Origin: Prevotella phage Lak-C1
Reading direction: 5' to 3' (one strand)
Sequence record: MK250029.1
DNA length: 32,000 nt
Below the pieces are notes generated by a model. That model made no database searches, was not told the DNA's origin, and saw only the letters and a list, made by a program, of their open reading frames with translations. This document shows positions 1-11,600 of this stretch, one piece after another. A program made the position numbers and the translations under genes. Position 1 is the first letter of the stretch, and each line of letters starts with the position of its first letter.

Positions 1-2810
1 GCTGGAATATCTTCAATTTCAGAATTTGTTCCAAGTGGATCTTCTGTATCACCACCAAATACATCTGTTGCTTCATCACCAGGTTCAGCAGTTTCATCAT
101 CATCTGAATTATCACCCATATCAACAGTTGTCATTGAATTATATGTATCTTCATCATTATCTTCTGATGCAGTTTCTTCATCATCATCAGAATTTCCAAA
201 TTCATCTTCATCATCTGTTTCTGTTTCATCAGAATCTTCTGGTTCAAATATATCTTCATCGTTATCAGTAGATTCTGAATCATCAGAATCATCATCGAAA
301 TTAACTTCTTTAAATGCTTCTTCATCATCTTCATCAGAATCTTCGTCAGAACCAAATACATCATCTGAATCATAGTCATCATCTGAATCTTCAAAATCAG
401 TTTCATCATCATCTGCATCATCATCTGCATCAATTGCATTAGCTGCTGCATCATCAAATCCGGTACCTTCAGAATCTTCATCATCATCTGAATCATCATC
501 TGAATCATCATCTGAATCACTACCAAGGAATTTTGCAAATTCATCATCAGTAACACCTTCATCTGACTCTTCATCATCAAAATTATCGGTTGCTTCAGAA
601 TCACCGTCTTCACCACTTAATGGTTGTGAAAGTTCATCTTTTGATGCATCAACTTCTTCATCAGACATTGGTTCATTTGGATTTTCCTTTGTTACTGTAC
701 CATCATCTGTTGAATCGTCATCTGTTGTTTCATCATCATCTATATCATCAGAATTATCTTCACCTGTTACATCATCTGCTTGTTTCTGCCATTCCTTATA
801 TTCTGCCTTAATATCATCAAGTTTCTCTTCTGCATCTGCAATAGCTTTTTCAAGTTTCTCCTTATTTTCATCAGATGCTGATTCAAGAGCTTTATTAAGT
901 TTTTCAATCATATCCTCATACTTCTCAATAGAATCTTCATATTGGTTCTTTGTCTCATTAAGTTTAAGAATAATCTTATCTTGAGATGGAAGTAAATCAC
1001 TGAATAATGATGATACATTAATACCCATATGTTCATTTAACTTATTCTTACAGAAAATAGGATTTACGTTTCTGTAGAATGTATGCTGACCAATCGCATC
1101 ATTATGTGTTGCAATGAATATATTCTGATCAAGTTTAAACAAGTCTGCATTAATATTATTATTCTCATTAAGAGTTACATGCTTAGCCCAATCAATCTTT
1201 GCAATATTATTGAAATTCTCCAATAAACAAGAACACATAATATAGAAATTTGTATCATAATCATCATACTTCATACACATTTCACGAAGATTACGAAGTG
1301 TTTCTTTTGATTCTTTATGTCCATAAATATCAACATAACCTTCAAAAATTGTTGCATACTTATCATTACTGTGAAGTATAATATGATCTTCATTTATTTC
1401 AACATGTGGATCATTTACAAGACGACAAAGTTCAACAAATCTCTCATCAAGTTGATCAACAAGTTTATCTTCTAATACAGCAATATTATTTCCTTTCTTT
1501 ACATAGAACTGACCGTTAACATTGAAAATTGCTTCATTTTCCTTAACATACTGAACAGGAGTATAGATATTAGAAACTGATGCATTTTCTCTAATAATAT
1601 TAATCTGATCTTTAATATTTAATGCTTTCTCAGTAAGTTCATTTGCTCTGCGAGAATTATCTGAATAGATAACATTAAACATTTCATTGATATAAGGATC
1701 AGAAGCATATGGCATCAACGCATTACGTAATTGAACTCTGTTAATAGCATTAGGTTCTTTTACATAACGAGCAACATCTTCTTGAATAAGGTCTACATAA
1801 ATGAATGAAGAATGATCATCCTTCATTTCCTCTAAAATCTTAGTAAGTGTAATTTCTTCACGTTTTGAATCTACCTTTTCGGTAATAGACTTCATTGCCT
1901 TACTAACAGGAAGCAAATAATTAAATTTAGATACGTTCTGAAGGAATGTTTCATAAAGTCTTTCTTCATATGCGCCCTGATTAATAGCATTAGAATAAAG
2001 ATTAATAACTTCCATAAGGCGCTGATTAGATGAAGCGTCTGAATGACGAATGTTATTAATATGTTCGGAAAGATTAATTCCTTGATTATTTGCAATAGCA
2101 TTTAAACAGAAATCATCTTTTTCTGTTAAACGTGCTTTTTCATCTTCATCAAGTTTCTCATCAATATAACGCTGAACCTTTGAGAAAATCTGATCCATTG
2201 TTTTCTTATCGCGTTGCTCCTGAAGTTTCTTTTCAAAATTCTTTACTTCAGACTCATTAACATAATCTGCATGGATAAAATTAGCAGACATAGAAGATTC
2301 TTCAGTAAGAAGAATATTTAATTTAGTTGCAACTGGATCACCATCTTCTACGAGTGGAGACAATGCTTCAACAAGATTATCCTTTGTTTCTTGACATTTA
2401 TTTGCAACATATTGATTATACAAATATTTGATATTATCTTTTGTTAAAGGATTCTCAATCTGTTCAATAAGTTGATAACCGACAAGATTTGCCCCATCAG
2501 TTGCCAATGTATTATTCATCTGTTCAATTACAGTCTTAATAGATTTATTACCTTTTGCGTATTTAGCAAGTCCTTGTCCAAACTGCTCAAAAAGCATAAA
2601 ATCCTGAGCACCATTTGCAAGTGCATTATTATAGTTAACCAAATAGCTCATTAATTCGGGGTTCTTATGTCCCTCTTCAATAAGTCCATTTACATATCTA
2701 TGAATATTGAACTTAGTGGTACCATCGAAGTTTTCTGTATCTCGATTAAAACTTTCTTGAATAATATTACGAACGCCTTCTAAAAGCTCGTTTTTATTTA
2801 ATTTTCCCAT
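1..2810 (-). CDS. Large uncharacterised phage protein (probably virion/structural) with a very acidic Asp/Glu/Ser-rich C-terminal region; runs off the left edge of the window
   Basis: Continuous minus-strand frame from ATG at 2810 (MGKLNKNELLEGVRNIIQESFNRDTENFDGTTKFNIHRYV...) to the window edge with no stop. Absent from the ORF track, probably because no stop lies in the window. Coding-like first ~700 aa, then acidic tail (DDIDDDETTDDSTDDGT...). I saw no in-frame TAG. Confidence 0.9.
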   Translation of the reverse strand, partial: MGKLNKNELLEGVRNIIQESFNRDTENFDGTTKFNIHRYVNGLIEEGHKNPELMSYLVNYNNALANGAQDFMLFEQFGQGLAKYAKGNKSIKTVIEQMNNTLATDGANLVGYQLIEQIENPLTKDNIKYLYNQYVANKCQETKDNLVEALSPLVEDGDPVATKLNILLTEESSMSANFIHADYVNESEVKNFEKKLQEQRDKKTMDQIFSKVQRYIDEKLDEDEKARLTEKDDFCLNAIANNQGINLSEHINNIRHSDASSNQRLMEVINLYSNAINQGAYEERLYETFLQNVSKFNYLLPVSKAMKSITEKVDSKREEITLTKILEEMKDDHSSFIYVDLIQEDVARYVKEPNAINRVQLRNALMPYASDPYINEMFNVIYSDNSRRANELTEKALNIKDQINIIRENASVSNIYTPVQYVKENEAIFNVNGQFYVKKGNNIAVLEDKLVDQLDERFVELCRLVNDPHVEINEDHIILHSNDKYATIFEGYVDIYGHKESKETLRNLREMCMKYDDYDTNFYIMCSCLLENFNNIAKIDWAKHVTLNENNNINADLFKLDQNIFIATHNDAIGQHTFYRNVNPIFCKNKLNEHMGINVSSLFSDLLPSQDKIILKLNETKNQYEDSIEKYEDMIEKLNKALESASDENKEKLEKAIADAEEKLDDIKAEYKEWQKQADDVTGEDNSDDIDDDETTDDDSTDDGTVTKENPNEPMSDEEVDASKDELSQPLSGEDGDSEATDNFDDEESDEGVTDDEFAKFLGSDSDDDSDDDSDDDEDSEGTGFDDAAANAIDADDDADDDETDFEDSDDDYDSDDVFGSDEDSDEDDEEAFKEVNFDDDSDDSESTDNDEDIFEPEDSDETETDDEDEFGNSDDDEETASEDNDEDTYNSMTTVDMGDNSDDDETAEPGDEATDVFGGDTEDPLGTNSEIEDIP

Positions 2811-2833
2811 TAAAGTTTAAATATGTATTTTTA

Positions 2834-2852
2834 TTTTTATTATTTATTATCG
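2834..2852 (-). promoter_or_regulatory. Candidate AT-rich phage promoter element upstream of the 2810 gene
   Basis: Minus-strand CGATAATAAATAATAAAAA, 24-42 nt before ATG; resembles elements upstream of 4253, 14026, 16372, 19127, 21492, 24746 and 27640. Confidence 0.4.
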
Positions 2853-2860
2853 AAAAAATT

Positions 2861-2884
2861 AAGCATATTTTCAAAAATATGCTT
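2861..2884. terminator. Stem-loop AAGCATATTTT(ca)AAAATATGCTT overlapping the TAA of the upstream gene
   Basis: Perfect 11-bp inverted repeat; inner pairs would open to give a loop. Confidence 0.6.
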
Positions 2885-4253
2885 AAACTATTAGTATTGA
2901 ATCACTTACACATTTATTTTCAGTATTATAGTGATCTCTTAAAATTAATTTTACGGTTTTTGTATTAACCTTTCTTGGATAAACGAAACATTCAAATTCT
3001 ATAGGATTATTTTCATCTATCATGAAATTTTTAAGATTTAATTTAGCAGGAACTTCCTTTAACTATCCTTTATTATCTTCATATGATATTATACAGTCAA
3101 CTTGTGGTTTTGCTGTTATAAAATATCCTTTATTTAATACATAAACAGTAGATTCATCAACAATACGTGTTTCTGGATCCGGATACATATAAATTTCAGG
3201 ATTTGTATAAACTGTACATTCATCTGTATTAGGTACTAAAATATCAATACGAGATGGATTCTCAATAAAATCTAGAGGTATTCTCCAATGATAGAAATTA
3301 TGATTATCGACTGAATCTAAAAGAAACTGTTCACCTTTATCATCTTCATATAAAATATCAACTTGAAGAAGATCTCTATCTTGATATGAATATTTCCATT
3401 CAACAAGAAGATCTTGCCCAGAAACTAGAATCATATCTTCAAAATCTGTTACCCAACGTAATGGACCTGTTATTTTTTCTGGATGTTGTCTATTTACCCA
3501 TATAGCATAACCCATATTATTAATGGTATTATCTACAGGTCTTTCATTATATCTGTCAAATATAGGTTGATATGTTTCGCACTATATTGTAAATGGAACC
3601 TTTATCATCGTATCAGTTGGTAACTGTCCGAATGTATAAGTGCCTCCAGCAGTAGGTTGATATGCAGATTCTGGAAATCCTACACGTACAGGTACAACAG
3701 TTCCTTTATAGTTTATATGAAATGTTAAATTTTTATAAAAGAATTCTCGATATGCCTGATTTATTTTCATTGCTTCATTCATTGTTGAACAACGAATTTC
3801 TACATTAAAACTATATGTTAATGGCATAGAATATAGATATGAAACATATGATTTAAGCTTACCATTTTCTCTGCGCGTATATTTTCCCATTACAAATCTG
3901 TTTGTAATGTTTCCTGATTCTATCTATACACTTGACATTGATAAACGTCCCTAAGGATAAAAATCAAAATTACCGTCTATTTTTTGTAAACCTATATCAG
4001 TACATTCATCACTTGTAAAATTTGTATAATTATCTTGAATAAACTTTTCTGAATTTTGATTTGAACCACCAAAATCATAAAAGAATGGAACACAAACATT
4101 TTCTATTCCTTCTTCTGTATCATCCCATCTCTATTCGTAAAATAATCTTCTATTAAATACTTTTAATAAACCTACAAGAATAGCTCTATCAAAAACATCT
4201 GTTGTATTTCTAATTTCGAAAAGCTATTTAGGTGTTAATTGAGTTTTTGACAT
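2883..4253 (-). CDS. Uncharacterised phage protein, 456 aa (TAG-recoded), in the structural-like block
   Basis: MSKTQLTPKQLFEIRNTTDVFDRAILVGLLKVFNRRLFYEQRWDD...; track ORFs 3063..3515 and 3582..3890 are in the same frame, joined through in-frame TAGs (6 in the gene); ends in TAA at 2883..2885. Confidence 0.85.
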
Positions 4254-4273
4254 AATAAACTAAAATATAGTTT

Positions 4274-4289
4274 CAATATTTATTAAATA
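4274..4289 (-). promoter_or_regulatory. Candidate AT-rich phage promoter element upstream of the 4253 gene
   Basis: Minus-strand TTAATAAATATTGAAA, 21-36 nt before ATG, directly after the 4291..4328 hairpin. Confidence 0.35.
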
Positions 4290-4290
4290 A

Positions 4291-4328
4291 AAAATGTGAC
4301 TTATATATCGGAATATAAGTCACATTTT
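4291..4328. terminator. Strong stem-loop AAAATGTGACTTATAT(atcgga)ATATAAGTCACATTTT
   Basis: Perfect 16-bp inverted repeat just downstream of the TAA at 4333..4335. Confidence 0.8.
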
Positions 4329-4332
4329 TATA

Positions 4333-5541
4333 TTATCTTAATTCTTTATCTAATAAGCATAAACCTGATTTATAAAATTTCCATATATTTATGGTATATA
4401 TATGTTTACCTGTTTCTTTATCATCAAATTCAAACATATATCTTACTTTCATATAATTACCATGTTCATCTTTTCCTTGTTCACCTTTATCTTTAGATCC
4501 ATAGTATATAGATGTCATATAACCATAGGTTGGGACATTATAACCTTTATTTTGCAGATAAAGAATTGTTTCTTTATTTATAATAGTTTCAATTTTAATC
4601 GAATCTTTAAATATATATTGTTCAAAATTATTATCTATTACAAATTGTTTAAATAAATCTTCACCATATTCAAATCCTTTATATTTAGATGGTTGTAATA
4701 TAGATGGTTGTGAATTCATTCTATATTTCTTAAATCCTAATTTTTTAAGGAAATTCAAGAAATCATCAAATGATTTTAAAGTATCAAATACATTTGGATA
4801 TTCAAATGTTATATATGATGTTTTCCATGCTTTTGATATAGATATAGGTTTTTGTGTTGATGTTTCTTGTATGACATCTGAATTTATATTATCAAAATAA
4901 TTATCAGATTCTGATAAAACAAATGTATTTGCATATGAATTTATATTATCAGATGTAATTGGATAATCCTTTGTTGAACTCATAATAATATCTTTCATTT
5001 TTGATGGTATTCCATCTTCAAAATCAATAAATACTTTTTCAACAGTATAATTATTTTTTATATATACATTCATTAAAAAATATGTATTAATATATACAAA
5101 ACGTTTTTTTGTACCATATGTAACATATTCGCAGTCATTATCATCATTTGCATATATTATAATTCTATGAATAATATTATCAGTTACATATATTGAACAT
5201 ATTTTATGATTTCCAATATATATTTCTACACAATCATATGAATCATTTATATTATAACCTGCAAATTTACATCTAATTTCATAATAATCTAATCTCTTAT
5301 ATGAAACTAATTGTGTAATAGATGATATATATAATTCTCCTATTTTATACAAATTTTCTGCTTTATCTAAATCTGAATAACCTGATGGATATTCAGTTTT
5401 ATTCCATGACTTATTTTTTAATGTATTTAATTCATCATCGATAACCTTCTATGTAAACACAGACTATGTTGCATCATTATCCACAATATCATCAATATCA
5501 TCAAATAAACTCTCTATTAAACGCTTTATTAATTTATTCAT
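4333..5541 (-). CDS. Uncharacterised phage protein, 402 aa (TAG-recoded), structural-like block
   Basis: MNKLIKRLIESLFDDIDDIVDNDATQSVFTQKVIDDELNTLKNKSW...; 2 in-frame TAGs extend the 339-aa track ORF upstream to an ATG that overlaps the upstream gene's TGA (ATGA, 5538..5541). Confidence 0.85.
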
Positions 5542-8500
5542 AATTTTATTATTCTTGATATACTCAATTTTGTTTCTTTTGAATCTGGTGCAGTATATTT
5601 ATAATTATAATTAATATATAGCTCTGACAAACCATAATACGTTATTGAACTATCTATTCCTGGAAGTTTTTGATTTATATTATTTAAATTTATAGATGGA
5701 TATAACTATGTATTATTAGACCTATTTGTTGCATTATATATATTGTTACTTATCTTATTATAGTATTTAGAATCCAATTGTTTTGACTTGCGATCTTTTT
5801 CTGTTGGTGGATCTATATACATCATAATACGATTTATATTTGAATTTACATATGTAAAACCAAAATTTTCTATATTACTAGTTTCATTTTTTCTATAAAG
5901 ACCTTCTAATCTAATACTTATTTCATTATCTATATTATTTACTACATTATTTATTAATATTAAACTATATGATGTTATTGAAGAATATTTATGATCTACA
6001 TATGAATTTTCTTTTAATGACACATGTATTTTAATATGTGTAGAATAATATGTAACAGAATCAGCACCAACACCATTAGTAATAGAATTTATTGTTAATA
6101 TTGCCGTTTTATTTTTTGTATTATATGATAATTGTCCAACTTTTGCATAGTTATTTTTAAAATCTTTTGCATAGCCAGCTAATGCTTTTGCTTTTACTAT
6201 AGTAGTTTTCATTATAGATGAATGATTTTCATTTGTTAATGTTCCATTTATTTTATATATATTACATATTGCAGGATTAAATGGTATTTTATTAAAATCT
6301 ATATGATTTAAATAATCCATTCCAAATGTTATATTATCACCTTTAAATGTTTCAAAATAAATATTTACTTTACCATCCCAAATACTACCACCAAACCATG
6401 TCATCCATATATCAAAATTTAAATTAATATCTTTTTTATTTAACTAAAAATCTAATAAAATTTTTCTAAAGTTTACAGCTACACTTTCATAACCACAATC
6501 TTGAGTATTATCACCACTAAAATTTATATATGATAAACATGGATAAGACACTTTATTTAAATAAACACTGCTATAAGTATCAGGAATTGGTTGTGAGAAA
6601 CCCATTGATAATGTACATAAATCTACTTTCTCTGTATCATCATTATATGATTTATTAACTAATAATGTTCCATTATCAGACCGTGTTAATAATGTCACTG
6701 TATCTAAATCATGACCGCCTTCCCACTAATATTTCAATCCGAATATATCAAATGCAGGGAAAAAAGTAGCATCACCATTTTGAACTATATCTATATCTAA
6801 AGATTTTTCAATATCTCCGTTTTTATAAGTAATAGACCAATTTCGTTTGAATATTTTATCTATATTATTATCTTCCACTCTTGCAGGAACACTAAATACA
6901 TATTCAACCTAATAATCTGTTACTGTAGGTCCTGAAACTTTTGTTGGTGTATAACTCTTAAATCCATCGACTGAAGAGTCATTTAATTCTAAATCTGTTG
7001 TAACGTGATTTTCTTTTATATTTGGATCTGTTCCTACATAACCATAATAAATTATTTTACACTAACCTCCTAATTTAGGTATAGGGTCTGGTTCATTTTT
7101 TAATATTAATTTTATATCACCTGGTTTTTGTGTAAAACTTATAGACTTTGATATATCTTGATACGTTACAGTAAATTTATATTTAATAGTATTTGGAGTC
7201 TTATTTAATTTAAATTTATATTTTCTACTTAATACGTTATTTTCTGTATCTGGAGTTACTTCTCCTTTGTCCATAAGACCCAAACCATCTCCAACTGTCT
7301 CATTTTTAAATTCTACATTTTTAGTTACATTTTTACCATTTATGCGCCCAAAATATATTATTGTTTTAATTTCACCTACAGGATTAACACTATTTTGTTT
7401 TGACTAATCAGTTTCACTATCATATATAAATACCTCAAATGTTGCACAATTCTATGTTATACTTACTTCTGCAGGATATTTTATCTCATCAGTTAACGTA
7501 TAACTACAATTAAATTTATATGTTATACTATCTTCTGTTTTATTCTCTGGAACATTATATTTTTTGCTATATACACCATTTGTAAATTCTCCCACATATT
7601 CATCTTTATTTAAAATATTTCCCTCTTCCTGCTCAATACTAAATTTATGTTCATCTACATCTGTGTAAACATTTCCACTATTATCTTTTTCTATATAACA
7701 TGTGATAGTAATAGTTCCAGGATTTAATGCTGTTAATGTATTTTCAGGTTTAATATTTGCAACTAATTTATATGTTGATTTGGACTATGTACATGTTAAT
7801 TCTTTTTTATGTTTTTCATCATCACCACCAAATTGAATACTAAATTTATATGTCTTCTTTTCTGTTGTAAGATTTGCATCAATAGTATAATCAAATGAAT
7901 ATTTTTTTGATTCACTATCGTATATAACATTAAAATTATGTTTATTATTATTTAAACTATATGTAAAATTTCCTATTGCTTTTTCACCTAAATCTATTAT
8001 TTCACCATTATTGTATTGTAGATAAAATGTAATTTTTACTGTGTCACCATTATTGCTTATTTCAGTATTATCTATATCTGCATTTAATTCGCAGTTGTTA
8101 TCTCTACCGAATGATGTTCTTATTACTGTTAAATCATTTGTCTTTGTGTTATCTTTATCAATACCATTATAACGATAATAAAATTTATATGTTTTATTAT
8201 CAGGTTCAATATAAAGATCATCTAAATTATATTCTGATTTATATGTATTTAAACCTGAATCTAATATACCATCATTAATCTAAAATGTACTACTGTCAGA
8301 AGTAAACTTAAAATAACTTGAATATGTTGGTTGTAATTCATCATTTAATAAAACTCTAACATGTAAATTCTAGTTTGACTATGGATATGCACTATATGTT
8401 ATAATTGCACTACTATTTGTACCATTATTCTTTATTGGTCCAGAATTACTACTATCAAAAAATGCAACTAAATCAAGTGAAGCGCCATCCTAATATATTT

Positions 8501-11500
8501 CAATTCTATTATTAGCATTATTCTAATCATTAGTAAATGCATTCTAATTATAATGATAATCTGTTCCATTTATATTATCACTAATAAATTCATATTTTAT
8601 AGATTTATATATATCTAATTTTGATAATCCATCATTTTTATTTACAGTAAATTGAATTTTTAAATAGTCAGAACTATCATACGATTCTTTTTCTGCTTTT
8701 GAAAACGCTTCTTTATCTACAGTTATATTACTCGTATCTACAAAACTAATAAAATGTGTTTTATCTAAATCTATATATGTTTTATAATCATCATCGTAAA
8801 TATAATTAGCATTATTTTGTAAATAAATTTTAAATACAACTCTATAATATAATGTTACTTGACATCCTTTTGATGATATTCTTTTATCATCAGTACCTAT
8901 TTTCAATATACTTTTATTATCATTGGATGAAGCATCATTGTTAGATCTATATTGAATATTTGTTTCATTTAACGGATTAGGATTAATATTATCTGTGCAT
9001 GTTCTAATCTCAGGTTTATAAATATTTAATTGCTTGTAAATAGATAACTTTGTATTTATATTACTATAACCCTATTCATACTTAAATTGATATGAAACCT
9101 CAGCAGGACATATATATCTTGGTATTGTAATTTTACCTCTATATGTATAATCTTCTTTATTATATGTTGGATTTTTATCTACATATGCCTATACAGCAAC
9201 CCAATCATCAGAAATAATTGAAAAACTGGGTTTCTAAAATTTTGATATATCTACTTTCTTAAGTGAACCGTCTGTTTCAATTTCACATACATAGCATTTA
9301 TAATAAAGTATATTATTAATAAAAGGAGATATATTCAATTCTGATGAGTCATATACTAATGAAGTTGAATAACTACGTTCTTTATATAACTCTACATATA
9401 TCTATAAATATAATTGTTTAATATCATAATAAGAGTCTGAATCTTTATATTTTACTTTAATACGAAATACAATATCTTTCGTAGTAGTTATATGTTCACC
9501 ACTCATAACCTATGGTTCTACTCGTATAATAGACTAAGATTTATTAACTAATTTTCTATTACTTTGTATCACTTTTATATAATTAGGTTGACTATCATTG
9601 TTTGTATATGTAAATTTTACATCATCAACTGCAGTTTCTAAATGTTTATTTAAAAAACCATCTTTAATAATACCTACACTTATTACTTCAAATTTATCTT
9701 CTCCTAATGCAGAAATATAATTTGAATTTGGTCTAATTTCACATGCATATACTACTGATTTCTATATTACATCATGAGAAACAACTTTTGTATTATATTC
9801 TACAGTAAATGTTAAACGTCTATCTTCTTTTTTATCATATATGTCTTTACATCTTATATTACTTGCAACTACATAATTAATATTTCCATATGTTATAATT
9901 TCATATTGTATATCTAATAAATTAACATCATCATTATCGCATGTAATTGTATATAAATTTACATCTTCTATCGTAATTCCTTTTTCGTTATCAAACGCTC
10001 TAAATGCTAAAATTATATTATTATATTCAGGTATACCTCCAATTTTTTTTGTACATTTATCTTGATTAAGTGCCAATTTAATTGAAAGTACACCCTATGT
10101 TAATGTACATGAAGCAGATGAAATATTAAGATTATTATTCATATTAAACTCTATAACCTTTGTAATATAAGTACTTTCATTTCTATCAAAATTAATATCT
10201 AATATATATTCATCCCCATTTAATGTAACATTATTATATAATACATTACCAACTATTGCATCTATTGCATATGTTGTTGTAATATTATTTTTTGTATTAG
10301 TAACACTTGTAATCTTTACAGAAGAATTTTCATCAATTTTTATTATACCATAATAATGTAACCTTATTGTTTCACCAAATGCAGAAACATTATATGTTCC
10401 ATTAGTAGAAGAAGAATCCACTTTATTTCTATCTAAATATTCTACATAATACTATAATGATATTTTCGCATTAGCTTGAATTATATGGATTGGTTTACTT
10501 TCTATTTTTTTAGAACCATTATATACAGCTTTAACATTTAACTGCCTTTCTTCACTTGTATAATTTTCATAAACATTTATAGTAGTTTTAAATGTCTTTG
10601 ATTTAGTATCATATATAGTTTTAATTATACTATATTTTAATTCATTTTGATTCTCTTCATATGAAAATTCTAAATATAAATTATCTTTAACTTCTATAGG
10701 TTCTTTATTAATACCATTTTTATATGTACACTTATATTCTAATATTCTATTATCTCCTTTAAAAACTACTGAATTTAGTTTATCAATATCTAAAGTAATA
10801 GTATATGTATTAAGTCTCTATTCTATTGATTTTAAACACTTAACTTCATTATATTGAGTTTTAAATATAGCTTCAAATTTTAATGACTTATTATCTATAT
10901 CAATATTCTCATCTATTAAATATACTAAGTCTACTATTACTTTGTTATCAGAAGAATTAATTTTATTAATTCTTAATGACTTTATTTTATCTTTATCTAA
11001 TAAATTATTATTTAATTTTAATGTTATATTAGACTAATATATATCATTTAATTTTGCCCAATAATTTATATGGATTTTCTATTCATCACCAGATATTATA
11101 CCACCATTTTCTGAAAGTCCGTTCTCTTTCTATTTTTTTGTAGGAATAAATACCAAATTAACTTTAATATCTTCTTTAGGTATCTATGAAACTTTTGCAT
11201 ATATATGATTTATAGGTGTTAAACTCTATACATTATTACGTACGGCAAATTCCATTACATCTTTACGTAATTTTCCTGTTAAATTATCACTAGTAGATGT
11301 AATGACTAATTTATTGTAATATTTTAATTCATCTTTTGTCTCATTTTCGTTTTCACCTTCTTTTATAAATTCATAACCAGTAATCCAATCAGGTTTATAT
11401 ATACAATCAATATCTGATGTAATAGGTATAATTTTTGATATTTTTGATTCTTCTATTTTTTCAAATTTTTCTAATACAGCATAATACGATGTATCAGTTA

Positions 11501-11576
11501 TTTTTTGAGATGCTGGTAATAACGGTAATGTAATAGTATCTGATAAAATTTTATGAAATTTATTATTGCTCATCAT
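5538..11576 (-). CDS. Giant (2,012 aa) multi-domain virion/appendage-like protein with BACON/Ig-like beta-sandwich repeats; 29 in-frame TAG codons
   Basis: I stepped codon by codon through the gaps between the track ORFs (5706, 6444, 7062, 8544, 9762, 10095 and 11226 ORFs, all in the same frame) and found only TAG, no TAA or TGA, from ATG at 11576 to TGA at 5538..5540. Repeats end in motifs such as SFTQKPGD, SITQNCATF, TCTQSKSTYK. Confidence 0.9.
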
Positions 11577-11600
11577 TTATATGCAAATTAGTTTTATAAA

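Noticed and set aside
26-811. Plus-strand ORFs 26..271 and 590..811 (His/Leu/Tyr-rich) and minus off-frame ORF 131..616 (Met/Gln-rich)
   Set aside because: Antisense and off-frame shadows of the repetitive acidic codons (GAT/GAA/TCA) in the real 1..2810 minus-strand gene.
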